Under the pieces are notes generated by a model. That model had not been told where the DNA came from. It was given only the letters and a program-made list of their open reading frames with translations, and searched no databases. A DNA stretch of 64,000 nucleotides from Minisyncoccia bacterium (lineage in GTDB: Bacteria; Patescibacteriota; Minisyncoccia; Phycocordibacterales; UBA5272): contig JBBSJU010000002.1 of NCBI GenBank assembly GCA_038256975.1, positions 1,064-65,063 of the forward strand, written 5' to 3'. Positions 36,467 to 45,616 of this stretch are shown here, piece after piece; position 1 is the first letter of the stretch, and every line of letters begins with the position of its first letter. Both the position numbers and the translations under genes were made by a program.

Positions 36467-37231
36467 ATGGAACTTTTATTCACTTTATTTTTTATGATAC
36501 CAATTATTGCATTTGCGATTGTTCTCCTTTTTATAGTTATTCGTCAGGTCAATCAATATCAGCGTGGAGTTAAGTTTACAATGGGTCGTTTTACAGGAAT
36601 GGTTGAGCCGGGTTGGAGAATCATCATCCCTATCTTTCAAAGCATGACGAAAGTAGATATGCGTTTGAAAGCTGTTGATGTACTCGATCAGCGCACTATC
36701 ACAAAGGATAATATTTCAGTGAATGTAAACGCCGTCCTATACTATCGTGTTGTTGACGCAAGCAAGGCAATTTTACAGGTTCAGTATTATCAGAATGCCG
36801 TTGAACAATTTGCCCAAACAACAATGCGTAGTGTTGTTGGTGAGGTAACCCTCGACGAGCTTTTACAGGGCAGAGATAAAATAGCTGAGCGTATTCAGTC
36901 AATTGTTGAGAGCACTGCTGCTGGCTGGGGTCTTCTCGTGGAAAATGTGGAATTAAAAGATATTAGTTTGCCACCAGAAATGGAGCGTACTATTGCAAAA
37001 CAAGCAGAAGCTGAGCGAGAAAAGCGTGCAGTGATTATTACTTCGGAAGGTGAGCTTGGGGCGGCAAAAAATATGGCCGACGCGGCACGGATTTTAGCTG
37101 AGACTCCTGGCGCGCTCCATCTTCGTACGTTGCAGTCTATCAACGACATGTCTTCCGATCAATCAAACACAGTTATCTACATGGTACCAGTAGAGGTTTT
37201 GAAAGCATTTGACGGATTCGTGAAAAAATAA
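36467..37231 (+). CDS. SPFH/stomatin (slipin) family protein
   Basis: VDMR..Q..ITKDN, AQTTMRSV.G, QAEAEREKRA, ALHLR.LQ. Confidence 0.95.
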   Translation: MELLFTLFFMIPIIAFAIVLLFIVIRQVNQYQRGVKFTMGRFTGMVEPGWRIIIPIFQSMTKVDMRLKAVDVLDQRTITKDNISVNVNAVLYYRVVDASKAILQVQYYQNAVEQFAQTTMRSVVGEVTLDELLQGRDKIAERIQSIVESTAAGWGLLVENVELKDISLPPEMERTIAKQAEAEREKRAVIITSEGELGAAKNMADAARILAETPGALHLRTLQSINDMSSDQSNTVIYMVPVEVLKAFDGFVKK

Positions 37232-37238
37232 ATTTCAA

Positions 37239-37961
37239 ATGAAGCAGCGCCTAGATCTCGCTATTGTCTCTCGCAGCTTGTGTCGTAGTCGAACTGAGGC
37301 ACAGGATAGAATTACTCACGGTAAAGTACTTGTTAATGGAGTAGTAGAATCAAAACCGGCCAAAGAGGTCTCTGATACTGACACTATACGAATCACAGAG
37401 TATATGCCATTTGCTTCCCGTGGTGGAGTGAAGCTACAGCACGCGATTGAATATTTTCACATAGATATACAAGGAAAAACACTGCTTGATGTTGGCTCAT
37501 CGACAGGAGGCTTTACCGATTGTCTTTTGCAAAACGGTGCACAAAAGGTATATGCGGTTGATGTGGGAACATTTCAAATGGTGGATACGATTAAAACAGA
37601 TTCTCGGGTAGTGCTTATGGAGCAGACAGATATTCGTGAAGCCGTGCTTCCTGAACGTGTTCACGGCATTGTTGTCGATGTCTCGTTCATCTCGCTTTCA
37701 AAAATACTTCCCACTCTCTCGAAGTTTATTCTCCCAGGAGGATTCATTATTGCGCTCATCAAGCCGCAGTTTGAAGTGGGTCAGGCAAATCTCGGGAAGG
37801 GGGGTATCGTTGTAAGCGACGAAGCTCGTGAGGATGCAGTAACCGCCGTTTTAAAAAGCGCAACTGAAAATGGGATTTCTATACGTGACGTAACTCCATC
37901 ACCTATTGTTGGTGGTGATGGGAATAAAGAATTTTTACTTTACGGAATATATGCTCTCTAA
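37239..37961 (+). CDS. tlyA: TlyA family rRNA methyltransferase
   Basis: S4 domain, SRGGVKL, LDVGSSTGGFT, DVSFISL, LIKPQFE, GNKEFL. Confidence 0.95.
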   Translation: MKQRLDLAIVSRSLCRSRTEAQDRITHGKVLVNGVVESKPAKEVSDTDTIRITEYMPFASRGGVKLQHAIEYFHIDIQGKTLLDVGSSTGGFTDCLLQNGAQKVYAVDVGTFQMVDTIKTDSRVVLMEQTDIREAVLPERVHGIVVDVSFISLSKILPTLSKFILPGGFIIALIKPQFEVGQANLGKGGIVVSDEAREDAVTAVLKSATENGISIRDVTPSPIVGGDGNKEFLLYGIYAL

Positions 37962-38556
37962 GGAAGAAAAATTTGAAGCGCTTAAAGAAATTCGCGATGA
38001 ACTCCTTGTGTTTAGCCAGTCGCCACTTTATGAATATCGAACAAAAAATAAATTCTTTCCAGTTATAGGAGAGGGGAGTCATGATGCGCACATTATGATT
38101 ATTGGAGAGGCACCAGGAAAAAAAGAAGCACTCACTGGACGGCCGTTTTGTGGCGCATCAGGAAAATTTTTAGATGAGTTGTGTGCTCATATTGGTCTGG
38201 ATCGCAAAGATGTCTATGTGACTAATATTGTAAAAGATAGACCGGAAGACAACAGAGATCCTTCACAGACAGAAATAAACCTATACGGACCCTTTTTAGA
38301 TAGACAGCTTGAAATTATCCAACCAAGAGTTATTGCAACCTTGGGGCGATTTTCAATGGTCTACATTATGGAAAAACTCGGACTAAAAAATGACGTACAG
38401 CCTATCTCTATACTTCACGGGAAAGTTTTACAGGGCAAACTTCCGTATGGCGACGTGGCACTTGTTTCTTTGTATCATCCAGCCGTGGCGCTTTATAACG
38501 GTAGTATGCGAGACGTTCTTAAAAAAGATTTTGAAAGTCTGAAAGAATTTATATAG
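37951..38556 (+). CDS. Uracil-DNA glycosylase family 4
   Basis: IGEAPG..E..GRPF.G.SG, TNIVK.RP..NRDP, YHPA. Confidence 0.94.
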   Translation: MLSKEEKFEALKEIRDELLVFSQSPLYEYRTKNKFFPVIGEGSHDAHIMIIGEAPGKKEALTGRPFCGASGKFLDELCAHIGLDRKDVYVTNIVKDRPEDNRDPSQTEINLYGPFLDRQLEIIQPRVIATLGRFSMVYIMEKLGLKNDVQPISILHGKVLQGKLPYGDVALVSLYHPAVALYNGSMRDVLKKDFESLKEFI

Positions 38557-38560
38557 TAGT

Positions 38561-38588
38561 ATACTATAATGTAGCTACAACATAGTAT
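38561..38588. promoter_or_regulatory. Palindrome over the -10 element and start codon of the LAGLIDADG gene
   Basis: ATACTAT-aa-TGTAGCTACA-ac-ATAGTAT containing TATAAT. Confidence 0.55.
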
Positions 38589-39177
38589 GATAAGTAAAAA
38601 GGTTCTGGAAAAAGAGTACCAAAATAAATCAATTGCTGAGATTGCAAGAAAATATAAACTAGCAACAAGCACCGTTCAGTCTTGGTTTAAGAAGTACGCA
38701 ATAAAAACACGGTCAATTAGTGAGGGTGTGTATCTTAAGCATAACCCAAAAGGTGATCCATTTTCTTTTAGAAAACCAAAAAATATACAGGAGAGTTTTT
38801 TATCGGGATTAGGTGTGGGTTTATTTTGGGGTGAGGGCACAAAAGCGAAATCAACATCAATTCGTCTCGGAAATACGGATCCTGATTTAATCAGACAGTT
38901 CGTAAGGTTTTTAGATACGATATTAGGTATTCCAAAAAACAAATTAAAATTTAGCTTGCAGATATTTTCTGACATGAATCCGATAGCGGCGCAACAATTT
39001 TGGATAAAATATCTAAAGGTCTCAGACTCTCAATTTACTAAGACTACTATTACAAAGTCTCGGGGATTGGGGACGTATAAAACAAAGACAAAATATGGCG
39101 TTCTTATTGTGTATTTTCATAATAAAAAAGCTCGTGATTTCATGATTGGTATGTTAGAATCTCTACGTTGTTATTAA
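38587..39177 (+). CDS. Free-standing HTH + single-motif LAGLIDADG homing-endonuclease-like protein
   Basis: N-term SIAEIARKYKLATSTVQSWFKK (HTH); GLGVGLFWGEGTK..IRLGNTDPDLIRQF..FL LAGLIDADG-like helix and following strand. Confidence 0.8.
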   Translation: MISKKVLEKEYQNKSIAEIARKYKLATSTVQSWFKKYAIKTRSISEGVYLKHNPKGDPFSFRKPKNIQESFLSGLGVGLFWGEGTKAKSTSIRLGNTDPDLIRQFVRFLDTILGIPKNKLKFSLQIFSDMNPIAAQQFWIKYLKVSDSQFTKTTITKSRGLGTYKTKTKYGVLIVYFHNKKARDFMIGMLESLRCY

Positions 39178-39192
39178 GCAACATAAGTATAA

Positions 39193-39459
39193 GCCGATGT
39201 AGCTCAGACGGTAGAGCAACTCCATGGTTATCGTATAGCCCACTTTTTTGGAAACAAGATCGTGAATCCTGAATAACGGTTAAAGCTCTGTAAATGGGTA
39301 AGACCGTGGCGATTAAAAATCGCCCGAACGACTGACAAAGGGTACTAAGTTTAAAAAATATGTACAAGATACAGTCTAGTCCTCTTATAAGTTATTTTGT
39401 AATGAAGTAGAGGTGTAAAACGAAGGAGTAGGTCGCCGGTTCGATTCCGGCCATTGGCT
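39193..39459 (+). tRNA. tRNA-Thr(GGT), split by an intron (exons 39193-39228 and 39423-39459)
   Basis: Spliced sequence GCCGATG-TA-GCTCAGACGGTAGAGC-A-ACTCC-ATGGT^AA-GGAGT-AGGTC-GCCGG-TTCGATT-CCGGC-CATTGGC-T folds into a complete cloverleaf. Confidence 0.93.
39229..39422 (+). ncRNA. Group I self-splicing intron, 194 nt, no ORF
   Basis: P1 GGT|TAT-cgt-ATAGCC with U.G at the splice site; P4 ACGGT/ACCGT; P6 GGCGATT/AATCGCC; P7 GACTG(39330)/CAGTC(39372) in AAGATACAGTCT; P9 CCTCT/AGAGG; terminal G. Confidence 0.9.
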
Positions 39460-39596
39460 CAAAAGATAGTTTATATTGTTTACCGAGATGAATGGATTTG
39501 TGCTGGTTCCACTTAGTTGTTAAAATATCAAGGTTGGCTACACCCGTAGCTGATGCTGTGCAATGATGTACAGCTGTTCTTTCAAGGGAGTAAAAA

Positions 39597-40454
39597 GTGA
39601 AGAAATATTTGTTGAAGTTAACTACACTTCTCGGAGTGGTACTGTTCTCGTTGCCAACTTACGCGCAGCAGTTCATAAATTTCCCCGTAACGGGACTTGG
39701 TCCGTTCACGCCAGGAATCATGAGTTCTGTACTCGACCACGAAGTGCCTCACACTTTGGTCGTGGGATCGCCGCCGTTCGGCGCACCTTCGTCGGTTGGA
39801 CCATACGGCTATAGTGGGGCTGTGCTTTCCTTTACGGGAGAGTTCTTTCTCGCCTCGTCACCGACGTACCCTAATCAGAACCTGGGGTGTTATCCGAAAC
39901 CTTCGAATGCGAACCAGACGTCGACTTGGCGTGCTGTTCTGCAGAGTGTGTATACCGGAACGACCGGCTGCTTGACGAATGTTGCACTCAACTACGACAA
40001 TCACCCGGGATATGATTACATTATCTCGAGTGGGACAAACGTGCATCCTGCAGCCAGTGGGAACATCATCTTCATGAAGTGCATCAAGACGTTCACCAAC
40101 GCTGGTACTTGTGAGTCGTATGGCGCAGTCGCTGTCGACCATGGGAACGCATTCGTGACGCAATATCTACATATGTCGAACCTGAACTACGGTGTCGCGA
40201 CTAGCGGTTTGAACCAGCCTGTCACTACGAGCTGGGTTCTTGGAAAGGTTGCTGGCGTTGCACCTGGCGGAGTCCCGATCCATCTGCATCTGGAAGTGTT
40301 ACAGCGGAAAGCCTCGCCACCAAATGCAACCAACTACTACGCCCGGGAGAATTACACAATAGTTGACCCTTATGGGTATCGCACAGCATCTTTCTATGCA
40401 GATCTGCTGCTATCGAAGCCTGGATGTCTCTGGGTGGGTGGTTGTTCTTACTGA
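39597..40454 (+). CDS. Secreted M23 family metallopeptidase
   Basis: Signal peptide; YDNHPGYDY (HxxxD), YLHMS, HLHLEV (HxH); visibly more GC-rich than neighbours. Confidence 0.85.
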   Translation: MKKYLLKLTTLLGVVLFSLPTYAQQFINFPVTGLGPFTPGIMSSVLDHEVPHTLVVGSPPFGAPSSVGPYGYSGAVLSFTGEFFLASSPTYPNQNLGCYPKPSNANQTSTWRAVLQSVYTGTTGCLTNVALNYDNHPGYDYIISSGTNVHPAASGNIIFMKCIKTFTNAGTCESYGAVAVDHGNAFVTQYLHMSNLNYGVATSGLNQPVTTSWVLGKVAGVAPGGVPIHLHLEVLQRKASPPNATNYYARENYTIVDPYGYRTASFYADLLLSKPGCLWVGGCSY

Positions 40455-40475
40455 TTCAGTCATCCTTCGCCTTCA

Positions 40476-40507
40476 ACGGCAAGAGCTTGTCTCTTGCCGT
40501 CTTTTTG
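40476..40507 (+). terminator. Intrinsic terminator
   Basis: acggcaagag-cttgt-ctcttgccgt-ctttttg. Confidence 0.85.
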
Positions 40508-40531
40508 TATATATAATGGTAAGATAAATCT

Positions 40532-41269
40532 ATGAATCAAAAGACTATTATTAGTGCAGTAATAATTCTGGTAGTTCCCATATGTGGTCTCATAGTTTGG
40601 AAACTCCCGAAGGTACCCAGTACTCCAGTAGTTAGTACTTCAGATGTTGTGACGATCGAAACTGCCCTTACGCAGTTACAGAGTGATATGGTGAATATCA
40701 CCCCACACCTTGTCGTGCCGACTTGGCAGCAGGGACAGATGCTCACTACCGACGAGAAAAAGATAGAAGCGAATATAGGTATGTTACTGACTGCGCAGTA
40801 TGTAGTGACATACCCAAAAAATCCAGTCTTTAAATTCAGGCCAGGAAATGATTTTTGGATCAACGCCATTGGGAAGAGATATATTCTTGCTGCACTAGCA
40901 GGTGCGGATAGCTTAACTGACGTAATCATCGATTCGCAAACTGGACAGGTCACACCTATCTCTAAAACTTTACGACATTACTTTGCACCAGAAAGAGACA
41001 TTGTACTTTATATCGACAAACAATCTCTCTATACTTATTCACTCGATCAAGCAACAACGACGCTTGTGGCAGGATCGCAGCTTAGTGGAACAGAAACCTA
41101 TCACAATGGCTATATAGACGGGGTAGGGATACAAATTAACCCACAGGAGACACATACAAAAAACAGTATTACTATATCAATTTTCGACTCGAGTAAAATG
41201 GTAGAGAATCCTGATGTTCCAGGAGCACAAATGTACGCGAAGATTGGACAAAAGGCACTGTCATTCTAA
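40532..41269 (+). CDS. Membrane-anchored extracellular beta-rich hypothetical protein
   Basis: N-terminal TM; TATAAT upstream. Confidence 0.75.
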   Translation: MNQKTIISAVIILVVPICGLIVWKLPKVPSTPVVSTSDVVTIETALTQLQSDMVNITPHLVVPTWQQGQMLTTDEKKIEANIGMLLTAQYVVTYPKNPVFKFRPGNDFWINAIGKRYILAALAGADSLTDVIIDSQTGQVTPISKTLRHYFAPERDIVLYIDKQSLYTYSLDQATTTLVAGSQLSGTETYHNGYIDGVGIQINPQETHTKNSITISIFDSSKMVENPDVPGAQMYAKIGQKALSF

Positions 41270-41498
41270 AAAGATTAGCCTAGGGGTTCATTCACGGGTT
41301 TAGGTAATAATTTTTGATTTATATTGGATACTTGCATTATTCAAAAAAGTGTTGTATATTAGGCAGTAATACATTTGCTTCGTAGATTTTAGGGTAGTTT
41401 ATTTTCTCCTTGTCTGATCTATCCGAGCGAGTGTTTCTGAGCGAATTTTATTTTTTCGCTGTACGTACAGCTCGGAGCGTATAGAACAATCACATACA

Positions 41499-42836
41499 AT
41501 GACTTCATCTTATTCAGGTGGCTTTGCAGCAAAGCGACCATTTCACTCGTCTCGACCAGTTCGAAGCGGTGGCTCTTCTTTTGGTGCTCCACGACCATCT
41601 TTCCGAGGAGCGGCTTCGCATGGTGGCGGACATAGTTCACCTCGTCCACACGGTGGTTCTTCATACGGAGGATCTCGTGGTGGCTTTGGTGGTGGCCGAC
41701 GATTCTCTAAACCAAAACGTTCTTTTGGCGAGTCTATCGACGTGTCAAAATTTATTTACAAACCAACAGGTGTCCACAAAGCGCCAATCTACGAAGTACA
41801 GCATCAGTTTTCTGATTTCAAATTTTCAGAACCAATATCTCGTAATTTAGCAATGCGTGGTTTTATTGCTCCAACACCAATTCAAGATCAGACGATTACG
41901 CACGCGATGGGAGGTCGCGACATTATTGGTCTTGCAAGTACTGGTTCTGGTAAGACAGGCGCGTTCTTACTTCCCCTTATTGAAAAACTTGCTCAAGATC
42001 GAACACAAAAAGTTCTTATTCTCGCACCAACTCGTGAGCTTGCGATGCAGATCAATGAGGAACTTCGTGAGTTCTCACATGGTATGCGACTATTTTCAAC
42101 GGTGTGTGTGGGAGGTATGTCTATTTACAATCAAATTCAACATCTCCGAAGACTCAATCACTTTGTGATTGGTACTCCGGGACGACTCCAAGATCTTTCA
42201 GATCGAAAGATTATTGATTTCTCAGAATTCAATAATATTGTTATCGACGAGTTTGACCATATGCTCGACATGGGATTCATCGACGCTATTACTGCTATTT
42301 TGAAAAAGCTTCCTACAGAACGACAGTCACTTTTCTTTTCAGCGACAATGCCACCGCGAATTAAAACAATTGTGCATGATTTCCTCAAGAATCCTTTTTC
42401 AATTGACATTGGCTCTGGTATTAGTACCAAAAACGTTGAACAAGACGTGATCCGTGTACTTGACCGACGGCACAAAATTGTGGAGCTTGAAAAGCTTCTT
42501 TCTGCAAAAGATGCAACTCGATGTCTTATTTTTGCTGAAACAAAGAGAGAAGTAGAGGCCCTTTATGAAGATCTTCGAGCAAAAGGATTGCAGGTCGCAT
42601 ATTTGCATGGCGATAAACGACAGCGTGAACGAGAACGAACACTACGATCATTTAAAGATGGCGAGGTAAATATTCTTATCGCAACCGACGTAGCAGCTCG
42701 TGGAATTGACGTAAAAGACGTAAGTCACGTTATTAATTACACTGTGCCTCAGACTCACGATGACTATGTGCACCGTATTGGACGAACAGGTCGTGGTGGA
42801 AAGATAGGGAAGGCGTTTACCTTTATTAGCGCATAA
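41499..42836 (+). CDS. DEAD-box RNA helicase with RG/S-rich N-terminal extension
   Basis: PTPIQ, ASTGSGKT, PTRELA, TPGRL, DEFD, SAT, ARGID, HRIGRTGR. Confidence 0.95.
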   Translation: MTSSYSGGFAAKRPFHSSRPVRSGGSSFGAPRPSFRGAASHGGGHSSPRPHGGSSYGGSRGGFGGGRRFSKPKRSFGESIDVSKFIYKPTGVHKAPIYEVQHQFSDFKFSEPISRNLAMRGFIAPTPIQDQTITHAMGGRDIIGLASTGSGKTGAFLLPLIEKLAQDRTQKVLILAPTRELAMQINEELREFSHGMRLFSTVCVGGMSIYNQIQHLRRLNHFVIGTPGRLQDLSDRKIIDFSEFNNIVIDEFDHMLDMGFIDAITAILKKLPTERQSLFFSATMPPRIKTIVHDFLKNPFSIDIGSGISTKNVEQDVIRVLDRRHKIVELEKLLSAKDATRCLIFAETKREVEALYEDLRAKGLQVAYLHGDKRQRERERTLRSFKDGEVNILIATDVAARGIDVKDVSHVINYTVPQTHDDYVHRIGRTGRGGKIGKAFTFISA

Positions 42837-42989
42837 ACCATATAAAACAAAGAGCCTGTGGATAACCATAGCGTTCTTTACTAATCTGTGGTATTATTGC
42901 ATCCAAGTAAGTGTCGGTTTCTTTGGGTTCAAGAGCTTGTAAGCTAGAGAACGTAGGAGAGAAGAAGAGCTTACAACAAACAACATTCT

Positions 42990-43301
42990 ATGAAAAAAAT
43001 TTATATTGGTAATCTTGCATGGTCTACTACAAACGAAAGTCTTGCAGCAGCATTCAAGCCTTTTGGTGAAGTGTCATCTGCCATCGTTATGATGGACAAA
43101 ATGACAGGACGATCACGAGGATTTGGATTCGTTGAAATGACAAACGATGCAGAAGCAGATGCAGCCATTTCAAAACTCCATGAATCAGAACTCGATGGAC
43201 GAAACATCATCGTAAACGAAGCTCGGCCTCGAGAAGAGGGAGCTATGGGAGCTGGAGCTCCACGACGAACAGGTGGATTTGGTGGCCCTCGCCGATTCTA
43301 A
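42990..43301 (+). CDS. RRM (RNP-1) RNA-binding protein
   Basis: IYIGNL, RSRGFGFVEM, VNEARP, Gly-rich tail. Confidence 0.95.
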   Translation: MKKIYIGNLAWSTTNESLAAAFKPFGEVSSAIVMMDKMTGRSRGFGFVEMTNDAEADAAISKLHESELDGRNIIVNEARPREEGAMGAGAPRRTGGFGGPRRF

Positions 43302-43310
43302 TCTTTTCTC

Positions 43311-43349
43311 AAACAAAACACTCGACCCTTGGTCGGGTGTTTTGTTTTG
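43311..43349 (+). terminator. Intrinsic terminator
   Basis: aaacaaaacactcgacc-ctt-ggtcgggtgttttgtttt. Confidence 0.85.
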
Positions 43350-43384
43350 TGTGTATCTGAACTAAGTACGTTATACTACGCAGA

Positions 43385-43963
43385 ATGAAAGCGTTCTTTT
43401 CACGAAAATTATGGGTGAATCTTTTATGTGAGTTTGGCCCTGTTGTGGCTTTTTTGGCAACATACGAAATGTATGGTTTTGCCACTGCGACATATGCAAT
43501 GATTATTGCAACGATGGTTTCATTTGCGGTACTTTTTTCGTTTGAAAAACACCCTCCATATTTTGCTATTTTTAATACCATCTCAGTTCTTCTTTTTGGG
43601 AGTATTTCAATTTTTGTAGATATTCCCGATGTGTTTATTTTTCGTGACACCATATTTGACATCATTCTCGGGGGTATATTTTTAGCCAGTCTTCGATATC
43701 AAAAAACAGGCCTGGAGTTCTTTTTTGCAAATGTGTTTGCAATTACAAAAGATGGTTGGAGAGAATTCACTTTTCGTTGGGGAGTTTTTTATATCTTACT
43801 TGCTTTTACGAATGAAACTATACGTATTTTTGCATCACCTGATATGTGGGTAGAGGCAAAAGTATGGATGATCTTTGGGACGGTTATCTTTGGTTTCTAT
43901 CAACTACGCCTTACCACGCATGCACGCCTCCCCGAAGCAAATAGATTTGGACTTAGGGTATAA
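43385..43963 (+). CDS. YciB/IspZ-like inner-membrane protein
   Basis: EFGP...F..Y, FG..T/S, W..FT.RW..F, NE..R, WV..K. Confidence 0.82.
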   Translation: MKAFFSRKLWVNLLCEFGPVVAFLATYEMYGFATATYAMIIATMVSFAVLFSFEKHPPYFAIFNTISVLLFGSISIFVDIPDVFIFRDTIFDIILGGIFLASLRYQKTGLEFFFANVFAITKDGWREFTFRWGVFYILLAFTNETIRIFASPDMWVEAKVWMIFGTVIFGFYQLRLTTHARLPEANRFGLRV

Positions 43964-43973
43964 TGAGCTCTGT

Positions 43974-44657
43974 ATGATAACGCCCCAGGAAACCCTTGAT
44001 GCTTTGAATACTCGCTACGCGGTAAAAAAGTTTGATCGAAATAAGAAGCTTTCCGAAGAACAGCTATCTCTTCTTGAAGAAACGTTACGTTTAACCCCAT
44101 CTTCTTTTGGATTCGAGCCGTGGAAATTTGTCGTCATCACTGATGAGGTTATTCGTCAAAAACTTGACCCATATTCTATGGGCAACAAGCAGGTTACAAC
44201 AGCCGCAGCTCTCATCGTTTTATGCACACAAGATCATGTTGGTAATCGGGATGTGCGGGCATTTTTAGATAGGACGATGAAGATAAGAAGCGTGTCGGAA
44301 ACGGTTCTTTCAGGACTTAAAAAAACACTTTATGGTATTGTATGGGCGCGAAATTTAAATATGTGGCTCCTCGGTATTCCTGAATTTATTTTTGGCACTA
44401 AAATCTTTCGACAGTGGCAAACGAAGCAGGTGTATATTGCACTCGGTAACCTTATCTCCGTATGTGCACACCAAAAAATAGATGCGGCACCGATGGAAGG
44501 ATTTGATCAGCGTGCATATAAAAGAATTCTAGGAGAGTATATGGAAGGATTTTCTCCGGTTGTTTTATGTGCGGTAGGATATCGTGCAAAAGACGACTCT
44601 TTTGCCTCAATGGCGAAAGTAAGAAAAACAAAAGAGGAAGTTATAACAAGGGTCTAA
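43974..44657 (+). CDS. Nitroreductase family protein
   Basis: RYAVKKFD, TPSS.G.EPW.F.VI, YIALG, PMEGFD, VGYR. Confidence 0.93.
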   Translation: MITPQETLDALNTRYAVKKFDRNKKLSEEQLSLLEETLRLTPSSFGFEPWKFVVITDEVIRQKLDPYSMGNKQVTTAAALIVLCTQDHVGNRDVRAFLDRTMKIRSVSETVLSGLKKTLYGIVWARNLNMWLLGIPEFIFGTKIFRQWQTKQVYIALGNLISVCAHQKIDAAPMEGFDQRAYKRILGEYMEGFSPVVLCAVGYRAKDDSFASMAKVRKTKEEVITRV

Positions 44658-44691
44658 AAAATACACGCCGACATTCGTCGGCGTGTATTTT
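44658..44691. terminator. Bidirectional terminator
   Basis: aaaatacacgccgac-attc-gtcggcgtgtatttt. Confidence 0.85.
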
Positions 44692-44707
44692 AAGCCATCC
44701 ACGAGTT

Positions 44708-44992
44708 CTAAAGTCCTTCAAAGGGATTTGTTGTTTCTGTACTATTAAATCCGGACATGTCTACAAGTGCTGCATCTATACTCGCACTTGTTTCTGTGTT
44801 TGTTGTTCCGTTGGCAGTATTTTCATTAGGGATATCTTCTTCCGAAACATTATTTTCGGCATCTTTTGCATCGAGCGTGTTCATTTGCGTAAAGGTATTT
44901 GTAAGGACACGTTCATTGCTTGGCGTCACAAAAGTTGTGTATGCAATATAGCCAAGTATTACAATAGCTATGAGGATGAGTACTTTCTTCAT
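44708..44992 (-). CDS. Small secreted/anchored hypothetical protein
   Basis: N-terminal hydrophobic segment, acidic tail. Confidence 0.65.
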   Translation of the reverse strand: MKKVLILIAIVILGYIAYTTFVTPSNERVLTNTFTQMNTLDAKDAENNVSEEDIPNENTANGTTNTETSASIDAALVDMSGFNSTETTNPFEGL

Positions 44993-44996
44993 ACGG

Positions 44997-45539
44997 TTAG
45001 TTTGCTGTAGAGACTGGTTTACGATATGACTTGAGATTTTGGAGTGTTACTTTAAGAGTTCCATCAATATATGTTTTTATATCTCGTCGGTCAGCCATTA
45101 CTTTTTGATGAAGCACACGTGCTGCTTCCAAGGTTGTCTTAAATTGTCCTTGTGAGGCACCGCACGCAAACTGTTTCGACTCAGTTAGTTTGGCAATAAA
45201 GGCCGCTTTATCAGTTCGAAGAAGTGTTTTCTTTTCAATAAGCACTTTGATTTGGGCATCAAGCGTTGTCGTGTCTGCGCCATTTGTCTTTAACTTTGCC
45301 GACACTTCATTTAAACGAGTCTCTATTTTTAAAAGTTGTGCATCAACATCTGCACTGTAAGTGCTGTATTTGCTAACTCGTGCATCAACTCGTGAAGTTA
45401 TTCGAGAACAAGCCATTTCCATTTTACCCGTGTCACGTTTTGTTACGGGGGCACTTGTTGCGCTGCTTTCTTGTGCAAAAGTACTTGTTGCAAGCAAGGA
45501 GAACGCAAGGGCAATTACAAATCCATATTTTTTATTCAT
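44997..45539 (-). CDS. Secreted coiled-coil protein with two Cys
   Basis: Signal peptide ending AFA-like (TFA); helical repeats. Confidence 0.75.
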   Translation of the reverse strand: MNKKYGFVIALAFSLLATSTFAQESSATSAPVTKRDTGKMEMACSRITSRVDARVSKYSTYSADVDAQLLKIETRLNEVSAKLKTNGADTTTLDAQIKVLIEKKTLLRTDKAAFIAKLTESKQFACGASQGQFKTTLEAARVLHQKVMADRRDIKTYIDGTLKVTLQNLKSYRKPVSTAN

Positions 45540-45616
45540 ACCTATGTAGTATACACCTTGCGTGCAATGGAGATGTTGCAGGACTGTGCACAACAAGCTA
45601 ATCCTCCTTACGTAGA

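Noticed and set aside
41499-42836. DEFD instead of DEAD as an inactive helicase
   Set aside because: DExD variation is common and all other motifs are intact.
42857-42866. DnaA box TGTGGATAA as oriC
   Set aside because: Single box; no cluster, DUE or dnaA/dnaN nearby.
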